A stretch of 58,809 bases of DNA, the filler included, from Sphacelaria rigidula (Eukaryota): NCBI GenBank assembly GCA_964200075.2. It is 8 parts of 8 records of this genome, joined end to end, with 100 filler letters (N's around TTAATTAATTAA, not from the genome) between each part and the next. Parts side by side here need not be neighbours in the genome. Positions count along the whole stretch, not along the records: positions 1 to 7,264 come from CAXNAA020015711.1; positions 7,365 to 14,628 come from CAXNAA020015712.1; 6 more parts are not named here. One strand, given 5' to 3'. Under the pieces are notes generated by a model. The model saw only the letters and a list, made by a program, of their open reading frames with translations, ran no database searches and had not been told where the DNA came from. Shown here in pieces: positions 1 to 12,187 of this stretch. Position numbers and translations under genes: made by a program. The stretch's first letter is position 1. Each line of letters opens with the position of its first letter.

Positions 1-54
1 GGGGGGGTGGGCGGCACAGTAGGGCGAGAGCCGAATGCGAGAGCAGAGGATGGA

Positions 55-90
<36 letters not shown>

Positions 91-261
91 ACCGCTTGCT
101 TGCTTTTTGTTTTAGGAACCATGATGGTGGTCGAGCTAGATCATATTGTGCGGGGTGGGATGACCTTAATTCCGTGCAAAGGGGATGGCCATACTACGTG
201 GTGTTTAAATGATGAGACACCCATGAGGCAGTGTGCAATCCATGGCTGCCCATGGAAGTGG

Positions 262-320
262 CGATACGAGAAAATGAAGCAACTCATTGGAAGCTGCCAT
301 CCATATGCAAGATAACCAGT
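262..320 (+). repeat. Dispersed repeat fragment; second copy at ~36649-36707
   Basis: cgatacgagaaaatgaagcaactcattggaagctgccatccatatgcaagataaccagt aligns with cgataccagagaatgaagcaactcattgtaggctgtcatccaaatgcaagataatcagt on another contig. Confidence 0.7.
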
Positions 321-426
321 ACACTCCAGGTCGAACAATTCTGGCAGGATGTAGCTCGCCCTTCATGCGACTCGCCGAAATGACCCCTCCCCACCCCCTC
401 GTATCCCTTCGCGCGCGTCCGCAAAG

Positions 427-3013
427 ATGAGTGACGATCCTCGGAGACGACCTATCCTCGACGTCACCCCGACCTCTGCTCTCTTGCCGCCGAATGGTCG
501 AGTGCCGATCGAGGTTACCTTCTGCCCTAAGGAAGAAAAATTCCACAACTTCAACCTTATATTCAACGTCCGCAAGAAGCAAAGCAAGCTCAGCATCAAC
601 GTTAAGGGCGAGGGGTTCAAGGTGAGGGGTTTTAGGGGAGGTATGTGGACATTAACCTGGTGTGTGGGCGGAGGGCAGGGTGAGGGTGGAGGATGGTTAG
701 CGATACGGGATCGTCCCCTACATTTGATGTGAAAAACTCTCCAGCTACTGGGCATGTCACGGTCCAAAGTATTCAGTCTGAACGTACGTTCGGGCTCGTC
801 CATATTTGCAACAGGGAGCATGGTGCGAAGGCATCAAAATCAAGCATCGGACTGTTGGGGAATTCATAAGCGTACTTTGGTAGTCACTTCTATAGTGCTC
901 AAGATTCACCTTGAAGAATGGTGAATTTTCTACGTAACAGTATATGGGCATCAAGACACGGGTGGCATCGTGAAAAAATCTTATACCGCTGGTTTTCGTT
1001 TAATGACAATGCCCGGCGCTCTATGTCTTGAGCCTCTTCTTACCCGTTGACCTTCTGCTCGTACTTTCGAAGAGAGTTGACAGATTTGCTCTTCACCGCT
1101 GCGCTTCGTTCGAGATAAAATCGAATCGAGCAGTCAGTGATCGCCAGCCGAAAGCGTTGCGGCGTGGGCACTCAAATGATCTAACATCAGCTGTCTCAAC
1201 TCGCACTGAGTTGCGAAACATGCGACCAATAGCGTCTTTTGTATCTGCTCAAGGTACCGAGAGCCCCTCATCCTTCCAACTTCGGAAACGGTCGACCATG
1301 TCATAGTTGGTTGGCGATTCATCTGATATCAAACGAGTCATGATGCCGATTCGATGAGTTCGACTTTGTCCGCCGCCAACGAGCAGCATTCACGAAGAGA
1401 AGGCGCGAAACGTTTGTTTTTTTGCGTTGTCCATGTTCGTGAGTATCCTGACACCCCAAATCCGTCTACATGCAGATCCACGACAAGCGTTATTGTGCAC
1501 AGAGGAGTCGGTAGAGGTGGAAAACGACTGTCGTCACCCTTTTCCGCTAAATGTCGCGCAGGACCTCTCAACCCCCATTGCACCCCTTTGGCCCTCAAAG
1601 CAACACGCGTCAACCACTGGTGGTTCACGTCTATACCGAGGACCGCTCAAACTGTAGAGCGCCGCCTAGTCAATCGTTGGTGGTTCATATATGTACCGAG
1701 CGAGCGGTATATGTTTAGATGCAACAAATCATCGCAAGAGCTCATGCCAAAGGTCCCGAATATATGGGCGTGATAGCGGGTAAACCCGATAATGACAGTA
1801 GAATGTCCGCGGCGTCTTTTTTCCGAGAGGGAGAACCTGGTAGTGCCGACATTGTGACCCCCGCCGTCATCAAGATATCCTAAAAATATGTATACAACAA
1901 GAAACAAGAGCGGTGATGCCAAAGACACAGTTCCTCGAGCGTCATCGCGTACAACAGCAATGGCAACAACGTTGGTGTATATCCGTACTCCTCACATAAA
2001 CAGTACCGCACACTTTTGACCATACAGCGTTTGTACCCTCCCACCCCCCTCCACCTCCACCTCCTCCTCCTCCTCGATCTCGAAAGGGATGCGTGCTTAA
2101 CGGTAGAACGAGTAAGGCATGCGACACATGAGTACTCCCCCTCCCCTCCCCCGTCCTCCTCCCGTGGTATCCCACGAAGCCATCAAGATCGACTTTCCAA
2201 GCTTTACCAGGTAGTGTTCGTATGAAGTAGCTCATTTTATACCCCCATCCGGTGCTGATTGACTGCCTGCCATAATACTTCTGCTGGCAGGTCCACGCAA
2301 AGCTCCTTCTGCAGGGAGAAGCAGGGGTCGATGGACCCAACGAAACTGCCACCCCCGGGGGGGAGGAGGCAGGCGGTGGCGGCGGCGCCAGCGGTACTGC
2401 AGTTTCCATAGAGCTTCTGGCGTTCCCGCAGATCAACGTGGTTGACTTCGGCAGTATTCATATCAACGAACGGTCAGCACGAAAGGCGAGACCCCCCTCT
2501 CGGGACCTCTGTACATGTACAGCTGGTCTGTTACTTTTTCGTTTGGTGGCGTAAAGCCGCCGGTGTGCTGTTTTTGGTTTGGTGGTGCTCAAGGTAAAAA
2601 TTGACGATTTTTCGAGTGCTTTTGCTGGGGGGGGCGATAGGGGTATGGTACATGGCTTTCTCTGGTGTAATTTAGGGACGGTTGTAATTTTTATGGGCGC
2701 ATGCAGAAAAGATCATGCCCATATGAATGGATCGACCTTTTGATCTCGCGCATTATCTGATCCCCTAGAATTTCTTCAGCTATGGTCACAAGATATAAGC
2801 ACCCAGCTTAAACAAGTAGAAGCGGTGTCTGCGTATTGGTGTGCGATACTGCAGGGAGATATTTTTTCGGGTGGCCATGTAGTTTTGTGGGATGTGCGTG
2901 AGTGATGGTTAATCATTAGCGATGTGGTGCATAGGAACGAGTGTATTCGTTCGTGGGACTTCATGGAACGATGAGAGACACATGGTAATGGGACATTATT
3001 AACAGGTCAGTGT

Positions 3014-3044
<31 letters not shown>

Positions 3045-6000
3045 GTATGTGTTTCGTGATAAAATGTGCGGCGACGTCTCACCCAGAATGTCCTCTTCTC
3101 TCCCTCCATATCCAAAACCTTGTCGCAACTATGTATCATCCATTTTTCGGCGCGCCCTAGATTGTGATTGTTAATCCTGGGAAGTTCAGCGTTGACTACC
3201 TCTGGCAGTGGCGCCACCCACCGGGTCCGGCTGTAAGATTATCCGGCGCGAAACACGTGAGTGATCGAGGTTTTTCAACACTATGTATAGATATAGTACT
3301 CTCGTTTATTTGGTTTACTTCGTGTGTTACGCGGTTCGATAGGACACGAGAGAAGTGCGTTCAAACCACGCGATGAAAACCGACGATCAGTGCGGTATAT
3401 ACATCCCGTGCCGATGGCAACGTTCATGGCGCCAAGTCTCTCTTGTGTCGACCCCAACGTCATGTGTGGGCGTCTCTTTTGCCCTTTTCCCACCACGCCC
3501 CTCCCCGTTCCCCCGTTGCACCCTCCCGCGATACAGGCTGGTAGCGTGAAGAAAGGGGATCGGGTGGAGCTAAGCTTGGACTTCCTACCCACCGGAGAAG
3601 TCATACTAGAAGGGGCTGATCTCACGTGTACCGTGGCCGGCAGGTGCGTACGGCCAGCAATTCATCGTTGCAGCAATCGAGATATCGCGAACACGACAGC
3701 TTACAATACATGTATACGGTTCAAAATATTGCGGAGGAACACAGGAAATCGGAGAAAAGCTTGCGCACGGCACTTGCAGTTTGCGAACTGAGGACAGCAC
3801 TACTACCTACAACATTGACGAATACTCATCACTTTGCTTGATCATGAGCTTTTTTATTATTATTACGTGTGATTTTCTCCCTGTGCAGATACGAATACGT
3901 TCTACGCGTCGTGGGGAGAGGGATCCGACCGGGTCTTCACTTCTCCTTCCAGAAGCATGATTTCGGGCCCTGTTTCATCACCCCCGCCGGTGTGGCTTGT
4001 CTCTGCAGTTTACCATCTTTTCGGTCAGATGTCAGAACATAAACACGTGGGGATGGTTTGACACGGCGTCATCACATTCTACACACTGTAGTCGCGGTGT
4101 TTTAGATAAAGTAGTATTGGCTGTACCATGCCGCCGGGAGGGCCTACACTATGATTCGGGCGTATTGAGCACCACCTGTCGCATCCAGTTGATTTTCAGG
4201 CCTTAGAAGAAATGAACATGTCGGACGAGATGTAGATATTAAGGTCAACATCTGCACTGAGACTTTCTCCATCGAATATGTCATATACTTATTAGGCTGG
4301 CTGCCATTCCTTGTATACACCCGCTAGTTGTGCGGCGGGATCTCGAGAAATACGTGAAGCGCGACAACGCTTCGTGTGAAGTACAAGCGTATGTCAGACG
4401 TTCCACTGCCGAATCCTGAGGAATTCCCTACCACCACACAACATAACGCGGACAACTACCAGGGGGAAGATGTTTGAATCCCTGAAGACCGTGGATTGAG
4501 GGGGGTTGGAAGCGTGACTTGTGAGAAAGAAAAAAAAATCCTATTGCGTGTGTTATTCGCGATTTTCCGCAATAAAACAAATACCCCGCAGGCTCCATTC
4601 CGAACCCGGAGTGCGCGATATTGCGCGTCACGAATCGCGACGCATCTGCGGCCCTGTCCTTGGATTGCCTCCACCAAGGCAAGTCCGCGCTTGCGCAAGA
4701 TAGGGCACAACACACGAGAAAGAGGGAGAACAACAGAGATACGGAGACAGAGACAGAGACAGAGACAGAGGTCGTCGCCAATTCCAGCATCTCGTATACA
4801 CTAGCCTTCCGGCGACCTCACAATGTATCGGTAGGGGGAGAGGGGTGTACTCATGACCATGCATGCCATAGTCATAAGACCATTGAGAGGGGCGGGGCGT
4901 AGCGAGGGTCACGAATACATGGCTCGAACACAACGTACTTTTGTTTTGAAGGGTACGGAGATCAGCAAGGCATCGGTAAAAACCTGTAATGTAAGCAAGT
5001 TATCATAATTTCCGTTTTCCGTGGGAATAGAGACTAGCTGTATTTCGGCTCTAACCGCGTACAGTGCCTTCGTCGCGTTTTTTTACACCTCCCAATATGC
5101 GATGTTTTCCTCTGACTGCGAAAAACAAACATCGAACCAAGCCATTAATGGGAGACCCACAAAGCCAAACAGCGCGCTGACACGCTCGATGAAATACAGT
5201 CGAGACATTTTACCCTCTCGTCCGTGCCCACATTTAAGATTAAGTTGTGTGCTCAACAACCTTTCCAGCAAAGATTCTCACGTGTCTCAAAGACACCGCT
5301 CCACGTAGCACCAACCTTCGACAAGAAGTTGAAATCCCAGCTTGACCCCGAGCCCCTCCACGTTATTGGTTCCGGGGGGGTTGCTTGTTTTCTGGAAGTA
5401 CTTCGAGTCATCCGGCCTAGCGATACAACTGAGAGTACTCCAAAAGTGGTAATACTTCTGCTACGAAGAATATCGCTATTGGCACCACTAAGTGCACGAA
5501 TGCTCATAGTGTTCAATGGTGAGTTGAAGCGCATTTACGCATTCCTGAGGGACCTAGCCATAGTTTTGTACGAGACCGATGTTCCTCAAGGTGAAGGAAC
5601 GGCTATGCCCGTTGGAGACAACTCGAGAGGATGAAAAACTATAAAAAAGAAGGGAGAGATCGAACGTAGCATACTAGAAGGAAGATCAAGATAAAGAAAA
5701 GAAACGGAAAAAAAAGACAAGAGAACAAAACGTCACGCTAAGCCCTAGTGACGGCCCTGAGCAGAACTACAAACAGTAAAAAAACGTCAACCACCACAAG
5801 TGTGTGTAGTGTGGCGACTGATCCATCTTTTCACATTGGTGAAAAACCAATAGACAATGCTCCGTTGAAGTAGTGGGCACGAAGCCTCAGATCCGGCTCC
5901 CGGCTCGATCGCCGCGACAAGCAATCGAAACATTATCGCGAAACTAATTGGGGGAACACACCGTCGCAAAAATGGTGGGGAATAAGCGATCAGGGTTCAC

Positions 6001-6616
6001 AAGCTCACGAAGAAATCGTCTGCGAAGAGTATTGATCTGGGCACCCAACACGCGCAATAGACGAGCTACACAGGTACAAAATATGTTCACCCGCTAGGCG
6101 GCGAACAAAGCTACCCCATATGGGCCTGTTATCGCGCGCGCGCGCGGGGGGGGGTACTCATGATTCTGCATGCCGTAGTCATAAGACTATTGCCCTTATT
6201 TTGTTATGGGCGGGGGGTGGGGGGTGGGGGGTGGGGGGGGGTGATGTGGATACCACCCTATGGAAGGGGTAGATTACCGCAGGCGTCTGTAGGGGAATGA
6301 TCGCCTCTCCACAAAGGTTGGTAATCGCAAATCGTGATACTCTATGCTTACAACAAAAGCAGGTGACCGTTGCTTCTGGGCGACGTGCGAACCATCGGTC
6401 CTCGAAGCCGGGGAATATCTGGATGTGCCTCTGCACTTCGCGCCGCGAGACGCCAGGCCCTACGCATTCGGTATTCCTTTCCTGGTGAACGGCAGCTACA
6501 CGGTGAAGGTTCTGGTTGTTGGCGAAGGGTGTCCCGCTAGGCTAGAGCTGGCTAACTTGGCACACAAACATCTGACCTTCGGCATGGTGCCAGAGGGGCA
6601 TCAGGTTGTGAAACAG
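427..6616 (+). CDS. HYDIN: Hydin-like axonemal central-pair protein, internal fragment. Exons 427-621, 2291-2485, 3161-3256, 3537-3643, 3889-3989, 4592-4678, 6363-6616
   Basis: The exons join in consistent phase (0,0,0,2,1,1,0) with no stops. Translation: ...PIEVTFCPKEEKFHNFNLIFNVRKKQSKLSINVKGEGFK-VHAKL...VDFGSIHINERSARK-IVIVNPGKFSVDYLWQW...LHFSFQKHDFGPCFI...LRVTNRD...VPLHFAPRDARPYAFGIPFLVNGSYTVKVLVVGEGCPARLEL...LTFGMV. These are tandem ASH/Ig-like repeats matching my recollection of the Hydin C-terminal region. Two donors are GC (2486, 4679). The gene is truncated at both contig ends. Confidence 0.8.
2078..2145 (+). repeat. Mini-repeat family copy (subfamily A, diverged), followed by a C-run
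   Basis: tctcgaaagggatgcgtg...aaggcatgcgacacatgagtactccccc matches the copies at 17680-17842. Confidence 0.75.
3012..3043. repeat. (TTG)n microsatellite
   Basis: Seen directly. Confidence 0.9.
4842..4886 (-). repeat. Mini-repeat family copy (subfamily B). Others at ~6146-6192(-), 36266-36322(-), 36453-36500(+), 36571-36620(+), 44184-44236(+)
   Basis: The reverse complement, tcaatggtcttatgactatggcatgcatggtcatgagtacacccc, matches 44191-44236 (tcaatggtctgatgactatggcaagcatgatcatgagtacaccccc). Confidence 0.8.
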
Positions 6617-7015
6617 GTATGTACACGGCGTGTAAAACCGAGACTATCATCACGGGCATGGTGGGTATCAAGATACATACTGGGCTCCGATAATCGGGGC
6701 AATAGAAAGACGCGACTCCTGTTATGGGAGGTTTAGATCGCTTCCGGACACAATTTAATGCAGAGAGACGTGGCGTGATCCGAGATGTTCAGGAGGTTTG
6801 GGGGTAAGTCGTTGTTCGTGCAAAAGATGAGGAGACTATCTTATGTTTAATTCGACATGGTGGTATCTTCACGGTGAATGTTTTGATGCTCTGCCGAAAT
6901 CTGCTCCCAGTCGTGCTCTGATTACTCCCAAGTGCTGCAACTTACGAGATGGGCGCTACCTTACGCTTGCAACGACGTTCCTTCACCATACTCTGGGCGA
7001 TGCCGCCTGTGTGTG

Positions 7016-7117
7016 GGGGGGGGGGGAGGGGGGGCGTGTACTCATTTGTTGCTCGCCTTAGCCGTTTGACCATTGACCACGCATCCCTTTCGAGATGGAG
7101 CACTGTTCCTACTCCTA
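7016..7117 (-). repeat. Mini-repeat family copy (subfamily A, long form) with a G-run on the + strand
   Basis: The reverse complement, aggagtaggaacagtgctccatctcgaaagggatgcgtggtcaatggtcaaacggctaaggcgagcaacaaatgagtacacgcccc, is nearly identical to 17680-17765. Confidence 0.85.
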
Positions 7118-7264
7118 TTAGAGACACCTTCAACATTCCGGCGCTTATTACGTTTCTCCCATACATTACACAAAAACCCTTTACATATCTTATCCCCGTC
7201 CTGTTTCGCCGTCTGTGGCCACCATCAATCTCCTAGTGTAGCCATCGTTTTCTCCCTAGTGTTG

Positions 7265-7364
7265 NNNNNNNNNNNNNNNNNNNNNNNNNNNNNNNNNNNN
7301 NNNNNNNNTTAATTAATTAANNNNNNNNNNNNNNNNNNNNNNNNNNNNNNNNNNNNNNNNNNNN
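7265..7364. other. Artificial contig spacer (44N-TTAATTAATTAA-44N)
   Basis: The same 100-nt spacer occurs seven times; the linker gives stops in all six frames. Confidence 0.98.
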
Positions 7365-9299
7365 CCCCCCCCCCCCCCTTTGAACTACACCATGAGGCGG
7401 AAGCCCATTCATACTGGAACCCTGGGGCGCGCCTGACACCCCGGGGAGCCCATTCAAACCAGGACCATGGTGCCATTCGAAGTCACGAGGTATGATACCA
7501 CTTGCCCCAATAAAGTATACATCGACATCGGCAGGGTCGGTGATTTGGAACTGCCCACTAACATCTTCCGGACTATGAGCTTGCGGCAGGCGGGACAACA
7601 TGTCAGCATTGGAGTTAGCGACACCTGGTTTGTAGAAAATTTCGTACGTGTGCGCGCGAAGAAAATCCTGCCAACGCTGAACCCGCGGCACCTTTTCTGC
7701 TAAGCTAAAAAGGCTGCGCAGAGGCTGGTGGTCGCTATAAATTTGGAAAGGCACCCCATAAAACAGCGGACGATTTTTCTTCATCGCCCACACGATCGCA
7801 CCCGCTTCCAACTCCGTGGCCGTCCAGTTTCGTTTATTCGGCAACGTGCTCCGACTCAAAAAGCATAAAGGTCACACCGCACCGTCTGGTTGGCGCTGCT
7901 CCACCACAGCCCCCAGCCCCTCCCTGCTGACATCAGTAACCAACATGAAAGCACGGCCACCAGACGCAGCACCACCATGGTCTGGAAAAGCCAGAACCCT
8001 AGAGCTAGACAAATCGTGCAGAATTTCGCGAACGGTAACCTCGTGTTCTGGCGTGAACTTGAACTCAACCCCTTTTTTCAACAACCCATTAATGGCTTTT
8101 GTACGGGCGGCCATTTTGGGGATAAACTTCCGATAATAACTTAACCCTCCCAAGAGCGACCGCAACTCACCGACATTGGTCGGCATAGGCATTAATCGCA
8201 GCGCGTCCACTTTCTTAAAGTCGGGCGCGATGCCGTCGGACGAGATGCGATGACTCAGGAATTGCGTCTCACGCGCCCCCACGTGCGCTTTCTTTGGCGC
8301 CAGTTTCAAATTAAATTTTGTCAGTCGTTCCAGACAAGCACCCCAGTCGTTCACATGTTCAGCCCCAGCGCTGAACGTACAGATATCGTCAATATAAAGG
8401 CGGCACCGTTCCAGCCCTTCACACACCCTCGCCATGATAGATTGGAACCAACCCGGACTACCGCTGCACCCCATCGGCATAACTAGCCATTCGTACAGAC
8501 CCGATTGCGTACACACGGCGGTGAGGGGAATTGTGTCTGGATGGATCGAGATATTGAAATAGCCCGATAGAATATCTAAACACGTAAACACTTTCGCGCC
8601 GCCCAGTATATCCAAAAGTTGATCGATGATGGGGATGGGCAAAACAGGGATGACGGGATGACGGTGGCTTCGTTGAGTTTCCGATAGTTGCACGTCAAAC
8701 GAATCCCCCCCATCCTTCTTGTTAACCACCACCAACGGGGAGCTCCAATTGGAATAAGAGCGCCACAACAACCCACCAGCCAAGACGCTGTCAATTTCCA
8801 CTGGCACTTTCTGTTGCAGGGCGGGATTGTGACGGTACGGCCGCTACTTGATAGGAGTAGACCCGGGTTCCAGTTCAATCTTGAACGGGTCCACCGTGCA
8901 ATACCCTAAATCCATTGAGTCAACCGAAAACCGATGCGAGAACTTGCACAATACATCCGCCAATTTGTCGATATCCTCCACCTGCCAGTATTTGTCCTCC
9001 AACTCGAAAGTTATACTCCGCAAATGCACAGGGAGGCGATCCCACATACGCCGAAACGCCACGCGTTTGTCCGCACCCAAGTTTCCATACATTTCACCTG
9101 GCGGAGCAGATACCTCCGTCTCGACAACAAACACACCAGGGGGCACCGGGGTTGGCAGTCTGGAAATTTCCGCATCGTTCAGCGAACACGGCACCAGAGG
9201 CAACCCAGCCTTACCCAAATTCATCCCCGGCACGGCCACGACACCCTCAAAATCCGTAGATCTCAAAGGAATAACTGATTCACCGACATCCACCACCAT
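7365..9299 (-). pseudogene. Gypsy reverse transcriptase + RNase H, disrupted
   Basis: RT motifs: SNWSSPLVVVNKKDGG, FTCLDILSGYF, GLYEWLVMPMG, LYIDDICTFS, LRSLLGGLSYYRKFIP. RNase H: TDVSREGLGAV...RNWTATELEAGAIVWA...YSDHQPL. In-frame TGA at 7872-7874; frameshifts near 8660-8710 and 8810-8850. Confidence 0.92.
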
Positions 9300-9589
9300 T
9301 TCGGAGGGGGACTAGCCCTGCTCGAAGCTCACATAATACGAACCCTGCGGAGCCGGAGCCCCGCTCGGTGACTGCAGTGTGATGAGAACCCACGTCAACT
9401 CGTGCGTCACCACCTGATTGGACTCACCCGCAAAAATTACCACAACCTCCTCGCCTGATCCCGACACTCGTTCGATCATACCCCCCGCGTTCTGGACCCA
9501 ACGGTCAAACACAATGGGACCTGCAGATTGCGAGACCCCCTCAAGCGACATGATCGTTCTAGATTCACTGACATCCCGATATGATCGCA

Positions 9590-9905
9590 CAGGAATTTGA
9601 GCCAACCCATCGCGTCCCAACAGTAAGTCAAAAGACATGGTACCATCGGGCACGATATACGCATAGACCGCGAAGCAAGCACTCGTGCTCAAGTTCCGAC
9701 CCTTGCGCGTACCCTCAATAAAGCGAATATTCAAGCGCAACTGCGAACTAGTTTTCAGAGAAACACCATGAAATCCACCCCGCGACATGGGATCAATGTC
9801 CCGCACCGCGTCACCAGAACCAGCCCCATGTTGTACCATGGACATCCATACCTTGTTCAGGATGAACGTCGCTGGGCCCCTCCGTCCAACAGCGCCGCAC
9901 ACCCC
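9590..9905 (-). pseudogene. Retroviral-type aspartic protease remnant
   Basis: CAALLDGG (a D-T/S-G-like site) ends ORF 9857-11197 and continues by frameshift into PATFILNKVW...FDLLLGRDGL, the typical C-terminal DxLLGxD motif. Confidence 0.65.
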
Positions 9906-11239
9906 CACATCCGGGTTGCCTTCGGGCCGCCAAACACCTTCATCCCCGCCGTATTACGCACGCGATCTACCGACACGTTCCCGCCGATCACCGAAGTCAC
10001 TTCCGCTAAGAACGCGCCCCGCCTACCGCGCGGTACCTGACAAGGGATGGGATGAGGGATCGATGCAGGTGGTTCCTTAGATTGCAAGCGATTGCCGGAT
10101 GAGTCGAGAGCATAAATGTGCTCTTCTACCCCCACCGATTTGCCATCGCTCACATTACCAACAACAGATCGAGCCACGCGAGCATCTACGGATGCCTCCG
10201 GGCGTGAGGAGACACTACTCAGTTCCGAAAGGTTGGGCACATCAACAAAACTGTGTGGCATTGAGCCCGCAGGTGTCATCAAGCTATCATCCTCCGACAG
10301 TGCCTCAAGTTGGCTACCCTTGGAAACCGAGATCCTACTCGAGGAACGTCGGCCCAAACCAGGGCCACTCAAGTCTGGCTTCGTGCCAGAGAGAGCAGAC
10401 CCTCCATTGGTAGCGTAGTGCGACGTCCCCTTCTTCGGATAGCAGCGCCGAGTGCCTCGTAGGCCCCGAGCGTCGCGACGCGGAATACCCCCCTTACCCT
10501 GGACGAATTCATCTGCCGAGCTCTCTTTACCATGTGATAGATCCATCACACCAGGACCGTCCAAATCCCTAGCGTCTGTCGGACGTGAGCAACGCCCACC
10601 GCGACAGCTGGCCTGTACACGTGACTCGTTTACCCGTGTACCTTCGCCACTCTGGAAGGAAAAGCTGTCCGGAGCGCAAACCCGAACCACACCCCCCTTC
10701 CGTCGGTCAACACCTACCGCACCAGATTGCCGCACAGCAGCCGTTGTGCAAAGTGGAGGAGCCGCTCCCCCTCTGCTAAGGTCACGTAAAGATTGTACAG
10801 ATCCCACGGCTACCCCCAAAACGGAAACGCCACACCCACCCTTACCGACACCCCCAGACAGATCGTACCCTGTCTCATTGCCAAAGTCCGCTCTGTGCGG
10901 GAGGGAGATGACAGAAGCTTCGCCGTCTATAGCAGGAACAGCTTGCTGTGGAACCATTGACACAGGCGACCGACCTAGTTGTGCTCGAGGAGCATCACGA
11001 TTAGCAGAGCATTCGCTACATGGAACAGGTTGAGCCTGCTGTGGAACACTTTCCCCAGGCGACTGGCCAGTTCGAGTTCGCCGAACATCCTCGATATCCG
11101 AAACTTCACTACACACAGCCGCCTCACCCTGCGGTGGAACACACATCCCCGATGATCGACCATTAAGAGCTCGACGAGACCCTTCGATACCTGGCACCCG
11201 TGCTACCAGTAAGGCGGCCCAGTCCTTACCGCCGCCCCC

Positions 11240-12187
11240 TCATTTCTTGGGGGGGTAGTTTTCGGTAAAATAGGAACGCAAACGCCGCTTCCACCGCGCC
11301 CATTTCTGGCGTACCTCATCCGGGCTGTCTTCACCCATATAATGATTGATGGGACCCGACTTGTTAATGAACCCCTCCGGGCAATCTCGAGCCAACGTAT
11401 GCTCCTCGCTACCACAATTTAAACAATATGGGCCAAAAGCTTGTCGCGCCTTGTTTTTAAGGTCGCGGGTGGGAAATGGTTCATAGAAAGGCGGGTCTTT
11501 GATTTTTCCAAAACGGTCGCCATTTCCCCGCCCCACCATGTGCACGTAAGCCATTTCTTGGTCTTCACCGTCAAAATCGCGCATGTTGGTGATACTCATT
11601 ACCCTCCCAAATGCCCTGCCCTGGCCCACTTTTGGGGGATAGCGGTTCCGAGCCGTTTCCCCCGTCGACCCCGGCGCAAAACGCGGCGCATGCGCCCGCA
11701 TCGTGTTAGATCGTTTCAACGAGGCGAACGGCGTTGCACAGTCATCCCTACCCGCAAATACATGGCTACTTATCCCTGGAAATTGGTCCTGAATGACCGT
11801 TTTGATAGCCGATTGTACCTGCGCCTGGTCAAGGGTCATTTCAGCACCAAGGCATTGCACATTGCTCACCAGTATGCGGAGGCTACGGAGGTATTCCGCG
11901 AATGCCGTCCCCTCGGCCACCCGGAAATTAATGAGTTCACGTAACACGGCATCGGGCGTTAGACTGCTGAGTTCCCTGCTAAGCACCCGCACCAAGAACG
12001 CCAAAGCATCGGGCCCCGAGGTGCCCTCCGCTTGCAACCGAGTTACCGTAGACATCACTTCTGCAATTCGTGCGACAATGTTGGGTGCATCCGGCGCACT
12101 CGTGTGAACCGCCCTCTGCAAATCTGCTTCTGCTCTCTGCAAATCTGCAAATGGTTTTGGATTGATTTTTCCCAGCCCCGCGTCCAC
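11240..12187 (-). pseudogene. Gag-like ORF with CCHC zinc knuckle
   Basis: C-x2-C-x4-H-x5-C knuckle at 11381-11425, preceded by a helical capsid-like segment (ELINFRVAEGTAFAEYLRSLRILV) and located upstream of pol. Confidence 0.7.

Noticed and set aside
7309-7320. TTAATTAATTAA as a biological motif or piggyBac target
   Set aside because: It is identical in all seven N-gaps and is a six-frame stop linker.
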